From: Nitrosopumilus sp.
GTDB taxonomy: Archaea > Thermoproteota > Nitrososphaeria > Nitrososphaerales > Nitrosopumilaceae
Direction of reading: 5' to 3'
NCBI GenBank assembly: GCA_965205215.1
Contig: OZ242041.1
Coordinates: forward strand, 1,497,664-1,529,663
DNA length: 32,000 bases
Part shown: piece by piece, positions 1-8,409 of the stretch
How the letters are laid out: the number at the start of each line of letters is the position of its first letter
Numbering within the stretch: position 1 is the first letter of the stretch
Notes under the pieces: generated by a model
The model's input: only the letters and a program-made list of their open reading frames with translations
Told to the model about the DNA's origin: nothing
Database searches by the model: none
Translations under genes and position numbers: made by a program

Positions 1-127
1 ACATGCGATGCGGGCTGCCGGCGCCTTGGCGGGCATGCGTGTTGCCGTGGGTATGGTTGCCGTCATCTTCGCGCCCCTTGTCACCGTCGTCATCATCATC
101 ATCATTGTCCTTGCCACTCTCAGTCAC
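1..127 (-). CDS. rpl2: 50S ribosomal protein uL2, N-terminal fragment (gene continues past the left edge)
   Basis: Not in the ORF track. GTG at 127-125 overlaps the uL23 stop (GTGA). The frame reads VTESGKDNDDDDDDGDKGREDDGNHTHGNTHARQGAGSPHRM, and RQGAGSP resembles the conserved archaeal uL2 N-terminal R-x-G-x-G-S-P motif. The position after L3-L4-L23 is the canonical operon order. The acidic ~30 aa leader is atypical. Confidence 0.5.
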   Translation of the reverse strand, partial: MTESGKDNDDDDDDGDKGREDDGNHTHGNTHARQGAGSPHRM

Positions 128-426
128 AGCATTCCAATGTCCGTCGCAAGATCCCTTGCCATCTCCGCGTTCTCAAACTGCACAAACGCCTTCTTGCCGT
201 ATATGGTCCGGGCCGTGTTGACACCGCGCGCCGTCTTTCCGTACAGCACCTTTATGGCGTCCGCAATCTCGTGCTTTGTCGCCGTGCGGCTTACGATAAA
301 GCAGATCTTCGCCTCCGACTCTACCATCTCAAAGGTGCGTTCCGTCACGTAGGGCCTGATCATGATGCGCGCGGCGGTGTCGGCGTCCATCTCCCTTGCC
401 TTGCCGCTGCCGCTGCCACTGCTCAT
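124..426 (-). CDS. rpl23: 50S ribosomal protein uL23
   Basis: 100 aa. IRPYVTERTFEMVESEAKICFIVSRTATKHEIADAIKVLYG is the typical uL23 core. ATGA overlap with the uL4 stop; operon context. Confidence 0.9.
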   Translation of the reverse strand: MSSGSGSGKAREMDADTAARIMIRPYVTERTFEMVESEAKICFIVSRTATKHEIADAIKVLYGKTARGVNTARTIYGKKAFVQFENAEMARDLATDIGML

Positions 427-1364
427 TTCAGTTCTGCCTCCCTCGGTTTGTCGTCACCTGCGGGCTCGCCGCCGGGCATCATGCCCATCACGTCCAGGTG
501 GGCGGATCTTACGCGCCCGAGCTGCTCGACTGCGGACCTCGTAAACACAGTAAGCCTTATCGGATCCGAGCCCGGCGCCAAGTCAAGCACGCTCAGCTCG
601 GAGACCCCGCGCGCCTCGACCCCCGGAAGGGACCCTACGGCGCTCTTCAGCGGGACGTTGCCGTCGCCGGCCACCACAAACAGCACGCTCTTGCCCCTCT
701 TCTTTGAGCGGCCCCTGAGCGAGGGGCGTCCGGAGCGGGCCTTGCGACTCCTGAGCCGCTCCACGTCGTCGCCGAGCCCGAGCTTTTCGACGAGCGCCAG
801 CACCTCGCGGGTCGTTGCATGCTGTCCTATGTCGTCCTCTATTACAATTGGAAATACTCCCTTCATCCCGTCCGCGTACCCCGCGACCTTGTGCCCCCTC
901 GACTCGACAATCCTCCTGGACGCCGTGGCCGCGACCGCGGAGCAGAACGCCAGCCTGCCCTCCTTCTTGTTGAGTTTCTTGTAGATGGCCTTTTCTGCAG
1001 CCGGCGGGTGGGCCTGCCTGCCTCCCCGGGTCGACGCGACCTCCGCGCCCTCGCCGCGGCGCCTCCCGCCGCCCCCGCGGGCCCTTGCAATGCGCGCAAT
1101 GCCCCTTCCTGTGGGCGGATCGTTGGTGTCGGCCACCACGTCCATGCCGGCCGTGGGATGCCTTCCCTGCGGCTGGAAGGAGTGCGAGGACAGGTGCACG
1201 AACGCCTTGTGTATCAGGTCGGGCCTGAACGGCGTCTGAAATATCGGCGGCAGCGGCAGCGCGTGGCCGGAAGAACCGTTATCGTCACCTGCAGGAGGCA
1301 CCTCGCCGCTGGCTGGGATCACGGAGACTACTGCAGCTGCCGCGTTTGTATTGTTCCGGGCCAC
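423..1364 (-). CDS. rpl4: 50S ribosomal protein uL4
   Basis: 313 aa from the internal GTG at 1364-1362, which overlaps the uL3 stop by 1 nt (TAGTG). Track ORF 423..1865 extends spuriously through uL3 in another frame. uL4-like core: FQTPFRPDLIHKAF ... GRGIARIARARGGGG ... SVLFVVAGD. Exact start uncertain. Confidence 0.8.
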   Translation of the reverse strand: MARNNTNAAAAVVSVIPASGEVPPAGDDNGSSGHALPLPPIFQTPFRPDLIHKAFVHLSSHSFQPQGRHPTAGMDVVADTNDPPTGRGIARIARARGGGGRRRGEGAEVASTRGGRQAHPPAAEKAIYKKLNKKEGRLAFCSAVAATASRRIVESRGHKVAGYADGMKGVFPIVIEDDIGQHATTREVLALVEKLGLGDDVERLRSRKARSGRPSLRGRSKKRGKSVLFVVAGDGNVPLKSAVGSLPGVEARGVSELSVLDLAPGSDPIRLTVFTRSAVEQLGRVRSAHLDVMGMMPGGEPAGDDKPREAELK

Positions 1365-2491
1365 TATACCACGACCTCCAGTATGTTCGGCTTTGAGACC
1401 TTGGCGGGCTTGTTTCTGACCTGGCTTCGCAGCTTGACAAGCCTCCTGTACGTTCCGGGAACCGAGCCCTTCAGGATTACGTACTCGCCCTTTACCAGCC
1501 CAAAGTGCTTGTAGCCCCCGGCCGGGTTGATGCCCCTGTTCTGCTGCTGCAGCTGCTGCGCGGATTGGGAGCCGGCGCCTCTGCGCCTTTTTACGCCGTC
1601 GGACTTCTTCGAGCCCGCGGCAGCGGCGGCGGACTGCGCCTCCATCTCCTGCCGCCTCTGCTCCTCCTCTGCCGTCGCGTCGCCCACTATCATTATCCTC
1701 TTGTTGTATTCGGTCCTCTGGTGGAAGCCGAACTGTCCGGCCCTCGGAACCGTATACATGACGCTCTGCGGCGATATGGGCCCAAGCGATCCGACCTCGC
1801 GCACGGTCTTTCTTGACTTGTGCTGCTTCTTCTTTACGTTCCACCGCTTCAGGACGCCCTGCCATCCCTTGCCTTTTGTGATGGCCGCCACGTCAACGCT
1901 GGAGCCGGCCTCAAATGTGTCCGATATGCTGACCTGCTTGCCGAGCATCCCGCTCAAATACTCAAACTGTTGCGCGATGGTGCCGCCGCCCACCATGCCC
2001 TCAAATATGTAGGGGTTCTTCTGCTCCAGTCCCGCCTGCCTCGGCGAGACTGCCAGTATCGCGTACAGCTCGCTTATGCGGCCGAGTGACGCCTCCGCAT
2101 TCTTGAGGGCGTTCTCGTCCCCGTTCTTTAGCTTGATCACCTTTGCCATCTCGCGCGGCATGTCCTCCGCGTACACGTCGAATGCCGCGTACAGCCCGCG
2201 CGCGGCGTCCCTTGCATAGCCGCGAATACCCAGTATCAGCACCGGCGGGGTCGCAAGGACGGTTCCCAAGCTCACAAGCTGTTTGCCGGCGTTGGGCACC
2301 TTCTCCCTGTCGTCGATGCTTACTATCTGCACGCAGCCGGCCTTGAAGCCGCAGTGCGCAAGTATGCGGGGCTCCTGTGTCTCGTCAACCTCGGGCCACG
2401 CCCTTATGCGGGCCTCCATGCTCTTGGCCCTTGCGCGCGGCGAGTATGCCAGGCTTCCGCGCCGTGGCGAGTGTCTCTTTCTTGCACCCAT
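1364..2491 (-). CDS. rpl3: 50S ribosomal protein uL3
   Basis: 375 aa. MGARKRHSPRRGSLAYSPRARA N-terminus and GKGWQGVLKRWNVKKKQHKSRKTVREVGSLGP are typical of archaeal uL3. Contains a ~40 aa E/Q/A-rich insertion (EEEQRRQEMEAQSAAAAAGSKKSDGVKRRRGAGSQSAQQLQQQ). Confidence 0.93.
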   Translation of the reverse strand: MGARKRHSPRRGSLAYSPRARAKSMEARIRAWPEVDETQEPRILAHCGFKAGCVQIVSIDDREKVPNAGKQLVSLGTVLATPPVLILGIRGYARDAARGLYAAFDVYAEDMPREMAKVIKLKNGDENALKNAEASLGRISELYAILAVSPRQAGLEQKNPYIFEGMVGGGTIAQQFEYLSGMLGKQVSISDTFEAGSSVDVAAITKGKGWQGVLKRWNVKKKQHKSRKTVREVGSLGPISPQSVMYTVPRAGQFGFHQRTEYNKRIMIVGDATAEEEQRRQEMEAQSAAAAAGSKKSDGVKRRRGAGSQSAQQLQQQNRGINPAGGYKHFGLVKGEYVILKGSVPGTYRRLVKLRSQVRNKPAKVSKPNILEVVV

Positions 2492-2514
2492 GCTTGGGGC
2501 GTGAAATTTCCGCC

Positions 2515-2524
2515 TCTTTTAAAC
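2515..2524 (-). promoter_or_regulatory. TATA box of the uL3 operon
   Basis: TTTAAAA on the minus strand, about 29 nt upstream of the rpl3 ATG (2491). Confidence 0.5.
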
Positions 2525-2605
2525 CCTTTTGCAGAGTGGTTAACCTTGTCGTGAGAGATATTAGCTATTTGTAACGGTGGGGCTTTCGTCTACGCTGCGG
2601 TTGTG

Positions 2606-2644
2606 GCTGCTGCTGCTGCTGCTGCTGCGGCTGTTGTTGTTGTT
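2606..2644. repeat. Intergenic triplet microsatellites (GCT)7 then (GTT)4
   Basis: Read directly: gctgctgctgctgctgctgct gcggct gttgttgttgtt, about 115-150 bp upstream of rpl3. Confidence 0.9.
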
Positions 2645-3258
2645 GCCGGATGGGTAAAAAGAAGCATGATCGACGGGCCTTGCATGCGCGTAAAGGTCTT
2701 GGAGCCTTGAGATGCCGCCTGCGCCTACTTGCCAACTTTGCTCAAGGCTGCCGGGCAGCTCCTGCAAATTCATTCTTGAAGGGAGGATCTATGCCTGTGG
2801 ATTTGAATTCGGCATCGACCCTCGCCGTAGCGCAATCAATATATGAATCCGATGCCGTTACAAGTTGATCTTGGGAATGCCGCACGCAGCGCAACGCACT
2901 GGCAGCAGACTAACTTGTAGCCTTCCGACGGCTTGCGTACGCCGGAGTCTTGTAGCAGCACACAGAATGGCGCGTGCGCGCGATACCGGCATGTCCGGAC
3001 GGGATAGATTGTTGTGACAGTTATGAAAGATGATAAGGGCGTGTCAGGTACGGGTGCGGCGGCATCTGGGGCGGCAGCAGCAGGTACGACGGTGTTGGAG
3101 CAATAGATGGACGCCGCCATAGTTCCCCCTGACACCTCCGTCATGATTTACAGAGCCGCAGCACGGGCCTTGCTCCGCGCCGCTTCACGCGGCATGCACG
3201 CGCCGTTGCAGAGGCGCACTGCGGCGGGATCCACGGCAGTCCAGGGAGGCGCCGCCGC

Positions 3259-4563
3259 ATGGTAGACATCTGGGTCGAGGCCGCCGCGCTCGCGGCGCTC
3301 TTGGGGCTGTCCGGATTCTTCAGCGGGCTCGAGGTGGCCCTGGTGGGCGTCCGCATGTCTGCCGTGGAGCAGATGCTCTCGGAGGGCAAGAAGGGCTCAA
3401 GGGCGCTGCACCGGCTAAAGTCCAACCCGGGATGGATGATGTCAAGCGTCAACCTTGGAAACAACCTGGTCAACGTGGGCGCCTCGGCCCTTGCCACCAG
3501 CGTCGCAATCAGGCTGTTTGGAAACGAGGGGCTCGGGATCGCCATCGGGGTGATGACCTTCCTCATACTGATATTCGGCGAGATCACGCCAAAGACGTAC
3601 TGCAACGCGAACGCGGCAAAGATAGCGCTCCGGTACGCGCCAGTCCTGCTCGGGTTCAGCTATGCGCTGTACCCCGTGGTAAAGTTCTTTGAGATAGTGA
3701 CGAGGCGCGTGGTGCGCCTGACGGGCAGCAGCGACTCCCCTCCCCCCATAACCGAGGAGGAGATACGGGGCGTGATAGAGCAGGGCCGCAAGGAGAAGGC
3801 CCTGGAAAAGGAGGAGGTCGACATGCTCCACGGGGCCCTGAGCTTTGACGACACCGTGATACGCGCCGTGATGACGCCGCGCACGAAGATGTTCGCGCTA
3901 AACGCGAGGATGATGCTCTTCGAGGCGCTCCCGGAGATCAACCGCAGCGGCCACTCTAGGATACCGATATACGGCGACTCCGCGGACGACATCGTGGGTT
4001 TCATCCACGTCAGGGACGTGCTCAGGGAACTGGAGCGCGACAACAAGATGACCCGGCTCGACAAGATATCGCGCGAGGCCGTGTTCGCATCGCAGGAGAA
4101 GACGATAAGCGCCCTTTTGCGCGAGATGCAGGGGCGGCAGACGCACATGGCCATAGTGGTGGACGAGCACGGCGGCGTGGAGGGACTGGTGACGCTCGAG
4201 GACCTGCTGGAGGAGATCGTCGGCGAGATAGAGGACGAGACGGACGCCGCGCGGCGCGCAAAGTACACGCGCGTCGACGCGGACACCATAATCGCGGACG
4301 GGGACATCGAGATCGATGCGGTGAACGAGGCGCTCGGGGCAAGCGTCCCGATGGGCGACGACTATGCGTCGCTCAGCGGGCTGCTGCATGAGAAGCTGCA
4401 GGACATACCGCAGGCCGGCGACAAGGTGGAGGTCGGGGGGCTGCGCATCATAGTCGAGAAGACCTCGAGGAACGTCCCGCAAAAGGTCCGGATAGAGAGG
4501 ACCGCGGAGGCGGCGGCAGGCGGCGCCGCGTCAAGAAACGGCGGCAGCGGCAGCGGCGCATGA
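3259..4563 (+). CDS. CNNM/CorC-HlyC family transporter (DUF21 membrane domain + CBS pair + CorC_HlyC C-terminal domain)
   Basis: 434 aa. Hydrophobic N-terminal DUF21-like region (GLSGFFSGLEVALVGV, GEITPKTYC). CBS-pair region (VMTPRTKMF ... HSRIPIY ... IVGFIHVRDVL ... HMAIVVDEHGGVEGLVTLEDLLEEIVGEIEDE). C-terminal transporter-associated domain. Confidence 0.9.
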   Translation: MVDIWVEAAALAALLGLSGFFSGLEVALVGVRMSAVEQMLSEGKKGSRALHRLKSNPGWMMSSVNLGNNLVNVGASALATSVAIRLFGNEGLGIAIGVMTFLILIFGEITPKTYCNANAAKIALRYAPVLLGFSYALYPVVKFFEIVTRRVVRLTGSSDSPPPITEEEIRGVIEQGRKEKALEKEEVDMLHGALSFDDTVIRAVMTPRTKMFALNARMMLFEALPEINRSGHSRIPIYGDSADDIVGFIHVRDVLRELERDNKMTRLDKISREAVFASQEKTISALLREMQGRQTHMAIVVDEHGGVEGLVTLEDLLEEIVGEIEDETDAARRAKYTRVDADTIIADGDIEIDAVNEALGASVPMGDDYASLSGLLHEKLQDIPQAGDKVEVGGLRIIVEKTSRNVPQKVRIERTAEAAAGGAASRNGGSGSGA

Positions 4564-4590
4564 CGCGCCCCGTGCCAGATCCGCGCCGGA

Positions 4591-5682
4591 CTATGCAAAC
4601 GTCTCCTGCAGGATGCGCTTCTTTTCTGCCATGTGGAACACCCTCTCCGTGTGGGCCGCGGCCTCCTCGTAGGGCCGGCCCATCGCCATGGCCTGCAGCA
4701 GCATGTGGTTCTCCGGGATCACGATGCCGGTCTGGTCGTCCGAGTACATCACCTGTATGGTGTCGCCGTGCACCTCCGTCATGTTTGCGTGCACGTGCAC
4801 GAGGTTTGTGTCCACAAAGCTGAATCCCATCTTCCTCGCGCACTCCCGTATCTCGGCCGTGCCCTTCGCCCCGTGCAGTATGGCGATCCCGGGCTCCCGC
4901 CCCAGAAGTCCGTGCAGCTCTGCCGCGTCCGGCACGGCGCCCGACTCGGCCGCCTCGCGGGAGAAGCGTATGTCCATTATGTGCAGGTGCATCTGCCGCG
5001 TGGGCACCTTCACGGCCCTGACGTGCAGTGGGGGCGGCAGGTCGGCCTTTCCGCTGCCTCCGCCTGTCCCAAACGCCGCCATGACGTCGCGGCCGTGGTG
5101 TGGTGCCTCGGTCATCTCTATCGTGTCGGGAACCTCCTTGTCTGCCTGCTCGATGTCGGCCCACCTCCGGATCAGCGTCACGTCGATGCGGCTTATGCCG
5201 TTTCCGTACGCGTTGCGCAGGGGCATCAGCATGCGCCCCATCCCGGTCACGTTGCAGCTCCCCTGCATGACGTGTTTCGCGTTTATCGCCCTGTCGTAAT
5301 TGGTCCGGGAGTTGAACAGCAGGTCCGACACGGCCTCGGGCCCCTCGACCGACTCCCCGCCCTGGTATATTGCAGGTATGCCGCCCGGCTCGTAGAGGTG
5401 CGTCTTGTTTGCGTACCCGCACCCGCCCGGCGACGCGTCTATCACGATGTCGGACTTTGCAATGGCCGATTTTATGGTGCCCCTCACGCCGCCGTACCCC
5501 TCAAAGTCCGGCAGCTTGGATTCGGGCACGTACACGTCGATGCCCTTCGAGGCGGCCTCTGCCACCTTGGGGTCCGGAGACTGCTTGCCCACCCCGGTGA
5601 CCTCCAGTTCCGGGTCGTCTAGCAGGAACGACGCCAGCCTGCTCCCTATCGAGCCGTACCCGTTTACAAAGACCCGTTTCAT
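4591..5682 (-). CDS. gap: Glyceraldehyde-3-phosphate dehydrogenase, archaeal type II
   Basis: 363 aa. N-terminal Rossmann motif VNGYGSIGSRLA and catalytic-Cys motif GSCNVTGM as in archaeal phosphorylating GAPDH. Confidence 0.85.
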   Translation of the reverse strand: MKRVFVNGYGSIGSRLASFLLDDPELEVTGVGKQSPDPKVAEAASKGIDVYVPESKLPDFEGYGGVRGTIKSAIAKSDIVIDASPGGCGYANKTHLYEPGGIPAIYQGGESVEGPEAVSDLLFNSRTNYDRAINAKHVMQGSCNVTGMGRMLMPLRNAYGNGISRIDVTLIRRWADIEQADKEVPDTIEMTEAPHHGRDVMAAFGTGGGSGKADLPPPLHVRAVKVPTRQMHLHIMDIRFSREAAESGAVPDAAELHGLLGREPGIAILHGAKGTAEIRECARKMGFSFVDTNLVHVHANMTEVHGDTIQVMYSDDQTGIVIPENHMLLQAMAMGRPYEEAAAHTERVFHMAEKKRILQETFA

Positions 5683-5703
5683 GCCGATGAACCGGGGCGT
5701 GGG

Positions 5704-5710
5704 ATATTTA
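5704..5710 (-). promoter_or_regulatory. TATA box of gap
   Basis: TAAATAT on the minus strand, about 25 nt upstream of the ATG at 5682. Confidence 0.45.
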
Positions 5711-5796
5711 GTCTGTTTGCCCGCGCCCGGATGCGCCCGCGCCCGGAGGGCGGCAGTGCCGCGCGGGGAATCCCGGGCGGGGACTTGCGCAGGTCG

Positions 5797-7134
5797 TCAG
5801 CCGGGCCTGATCAACCCGGCCTCGATCAGATGCGACAGGGCCGCCATGGCGTCGTCGTCGCTGACATCGCCGGACTCCCACCACATGAGAAGGGTTGCGA
5901 CCCAGTCCGGTATGGACGGCCCCGCCTGCTCGTCCGGGGGCAGGGGTTCTGGCAGCAGCGAGTGCTCGGACAGCAGCAGCAGCGATGTGTACGCCGCACT
6001 GTCCGGGGCGGCTCCGGACGCCCACGCCCACATGTCCTGCCGTATGTAGTCGGCCAGCAGGGCAGGCAGTGTCTCGCCCCGCTCAAAGCCGCGTATCGTA
6101 AAGACGTCCTGGGAGTGGCCGCGCACGTCAAATGAGACGTGCCACAGCCCCATGTCGTCTGCGCGCTGCGTATGGTTGATGGACTCGCCGTTCCTGTACA
6201 CCTCAAACGACTCGTCGCGCGTGACGGGAGGTATCTCCACCGTTGCAAACGTCTCAAAGGGGTAGCTGTTGGTGCTCTGTATCTCGACGCTGAGTCCGTC
6301 CTCTGCAAAGACGGGCCTGTAAAGCCAGGCCCCCGACTCGTACCGCATCAGGTACTTTTGGTCGCCGCGCTGCGCCGTCAGGGGGTGCACGGAGTCCGAG
6401 GAGGGGGCAAAGCAGCTATAGTACGAGACCCCCGAGATCGAGGGGTCCGCGCGCATCTCAAACGGCACGATCTGCCCCGGCGCGACCGACCCGAGGGGCT
6501 CGCTGCGGGCCGCGTCAAGCACCGAGGCGTCGCCGTGGACGACGGCCCACAGCACCGGGTCCTCCAGCGTGCTGCTGCCGGAGTTCACCGCAAGTCCGGA
6601 CAGGTGACCGCCGGGGTGCACCACCAGGGTGTGGTCGTACAGCACGTCAAGCGTGGCCGTACGCGCGACGCCGGCTGCGGGCTCCATGTCGTATCCGGAC
6701 AGCCCGGCGTGCGGCGACGCGTCCGGCACCTTTACCTTGAACGGGAGCTCCCCTCCGGATGGTATCGCGCCGTACGGCACCTCTATCTCGTACGAGCGGG
6801 GCCCGTCTGAGACGTGCAGGAACAGTAGCGGCCTTGCATCCCACGGGTATCCGTTCTTTACGTTGCCCGTTATGGTGTAGACGCCGTTTGCGTCAACGTA
6901 CGTGGCAAGCTCTCCCGACAGCATCACCAGCTGCCGGGGCACGTCGTCAGCGGACGCGTCGTTCTGGTCCGACCCATAATTGTAATAATAATCGCCCTCA
7001 TAAGCTGACGCAGCGCCGGCATGCGACACGGCCGCTGCAGCTATTGCAAGGGAGGCGGCAAGCAGCGTAATATGGCGACGGCGGCACGTTCCGACCACAC
7101 ATCCGCGCAGAAAAGCGCCGGCCCCGCAGCTCAT
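5797..7134 (-). CDS. Secreted/exported hypothetical protein
   Basis: 445 aa. N-terminal RRRHITLLAASLAIAAAAVSHAGAASA looks like a signal peptide. No recognisable catalytic domain. C-terminal IPDWVATLLMWWESGDVSDDDAMAALSHLIEAGLI motif. TATA at the correct spacing supports the start. Confidence 0.6.
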   Translation of the reverse strand: MSCGAGAFLRGCVVGTCRRRHITLLAASLAIAAAAVSHAGAASAYEGDYYYNYGSDQNDASADDVPRQLVMLSGELATYVDANGVYTITGNVKNGYPWDARPLLFLHVSDGPRSYEIEVPYGAIPSGGELPFKVKVPDASPHAGLSGYDMEPAAGVARTATLDVLYDHTLVVHPGGHLSGLAVNSGSSTLEDPVLWAVVHGDASVLDAARSEPLGSVAPGQIVPFEMRADPSISGVSYYSCFAPSSDSVHPLTAQRGDQKYLMRYESGAWLYRPVFAEDGLSVEIQSTNSYPFETFATVEIPPVTRDESFEVYRNGESINHTQRADDMGLWHVSFDVRGHSQDVFTIRGFERGETLPALLADYIRQDMWAWASGAAPDSAAYTSLLLLSEHSLLPEPLPPDEQAGPSIPDWVATLLMWWESGDVSDDDAMAALSHLIEAGLIRPG

Positions 7135-7155
7135 GCGCTGTATGGGACTGTGGGC

Positions 7156-7163
7156 AATATACA
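7156..7163 (-). promoter_or_regulatory. TATA box of the secreted-protein gene
   Basis: TGTATATT on the minus strand, about 26 nt upstream of the ATG at 7134. Confidence 0.45.
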
Positions 7164-7242
7164 GTTTTGATCATGGAATCCGGTTCGGGCCGGGCGTCAC
7201 CTGCAAACTCGGTTGGGTTTGCGGTTCTGTCCAAGTCAACGT

Positions 7243-7251
7243 CTAAATTTA
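7243..7251 (+). promoter_or_regulatory. TATA box of the DsbA-like gene
   Basis: CTAAATTTA about 24 nt upstream of the TTG start at 7271. Confidence 0.45.
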
Positions 7252-7270
7252 CCGCGCGCCGCGCCCTTGG

Positions 7271-8032
7271 TTGTTGATCCACGGACCGTCCATCGGAATA
7301 GGCGCGGGCATAACGGCCGCAGTTACGGTGGCGGTGTTTCTGGCCCTGCAAGGGGCGGTGGAGGATGGCGGCGGCGAAGACAACGTACTCGTCATGATTC
7401 CATCCGACGCGGACAAGGTGATGCAGCCGCAGCAGCAGCAGCAGCAGGATGAAACCCCCACTGTTGCATCAATGCTTCTTGAGAACGGCTCGCCCATACT
7501 GGGAAGCACGTCTGCTCCAATAACGCTCGTCGAGTTCGGGGACTACCAGTGTCACTTTTGCAACGTCTTCTATCACGAGACGGAGGGCAGGATACTGGAG
7601 GACTATGTGGATGCGGGCAAGGTGCGCATCATATTCAAGGACTACCACATCATAGGGCCCGACTCGGTGGAGGCCTCGCACGGGGCTCACTGCGCCGGGG
7701 GCCAGGGACTGTTCTGGGAGTACCACGATGTCCTGTACGAGAACTGGACGGGGGAGAACAACGGGTGGGCGTCTTATGGGAACCTCGAGGGGTTTGCATC
7801 AGAGATGCCGGGGCTGGACCTTGGCGAGTGGGTGCAGTGCATGCAGGACAAGCCGTATTCCGCGGCCATACTTGCAAGCAACCGGGACGCAAAGGCGCTC
7901 GGGCTCTCCGCCACTCCGTCGTTCTTTGTGATAGGGCCCGACGGCGAGGCCAGCCGGGTGGTGGGGGCGCAGCCGTATGAATTCTTTGCAGACATATTCG
8001 ATGCCAAGCTTGCAGGCGCGGGTCTGCAGTAG
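7271..8032 (+). CDS. DsbA-family thiol:disulfide oxidoreductase, membrane-anchored
   Basis: 253 aa. TTG start retains the N-terminal TM helix (IGIGAGITAAVTVAVFLAL). Thioredoxin-fold CxxC in LVEFGDYQCHFCNVFY. C-terminal TPSFFVIG motif typical of DsbA-like proteins. Confidence 0.85.
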   Translation: MLIHGPSIGIGAGITAAVTVAVFLALQGAVEDGGGEDNVLVMIPSDADKVMQPQQQQQQDETPTVASMLLENGSPILGSTSAPITLVEFGDYQCHFCNVFYHETEGRILEDYVDAGKVRIIFKDYHIIGPDSVEASHGAHCAGGQGLFWEYHDVLYENWTGENNGWASYGNLEGFASEMPGLDLGEWVQCMQDKPYSAAILASNRDAKALGLSATPSFFVIGPDGEASRVVGAQPYEFFADIFDAKLAGAGLQ

Positions 8033-8078
8033 GCGCGGATGGCAAGGCGGGCGGAGGCTCCCGTCGACCAAGTACCGC

Positions 8079-8090
8079 TTGCGGCCGCAA
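8079..8090. other. Perfect 12-bp palindrome TTGCGGCCGCAA followed by an A-run
   Basis: Read directly, about 47 bp after the DsbA-like stop. Function unknown. Confidence 0.6.
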
Positions 8091-8380
8091 AAAACCCGCG
8101 CCATTCGCACACCCCCTTCGACTTTCGCAGGTGGGAAAAAGGCGCACGCGGCAGGATGTTGCAGACAGGTGCCGCGACCTCCGCATTGGTGCGCTCGAAT
8201 CTGCCGCAATGCCGCGCCGCCGATCAACTGTGGCCAACGCGCCGCGCAACCCCTTTGTGCAACACATGTTTGGCGCGCGCAAAAATAAACAAACAAAGAC
8301 AAACCCCGCGCCAATAATACGGTAATTATATGCGGTATTCCACGCCGCACCCGAACACCGCGCGGGCAAGTCGCAAAGCC

Positions 8381-8392
8381 TTATTAGTAAAT
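8381..8392 (+). promoter_or_regulatory. TATA box of the HMG-CoA synthase gene
   Basis: TTATTAGTAAAT about 24 nt upstream of the ATG at 8410. Confidence 0.45.
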
Positions 8393-8409
8393 CCGAACGA
8401 ATCAGGCGC

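Noticed and set aside
1365-1865. N-terminal 167 residues of track ORF 423-1865 (extended uL4)
   Set aside because: This part overlaps uL3 in another frame and is Arg/Gly/Ala-rich. An internal GTG that abuts the uL3 stop gives a normal uL4.
2561-2773. 70-aa minus ORF with Ser8 and Asn5 runs
   Set aside because: The homopolymer runs are just the translated (GCT)7/(GTT)4 microsatellites. No promoter and no coding character.
4448-5622. Long alternative-frame and antisense ORFs over the GAPDH gene (4448-5422 minus, 4633-5622 plus, 4688-5299 plus)
   Set aside because: Only the 4591-5682 frame carries Rossmann and catalytic-Cys motifs. The others are Arg/His/Gly-rich GC artefacts.
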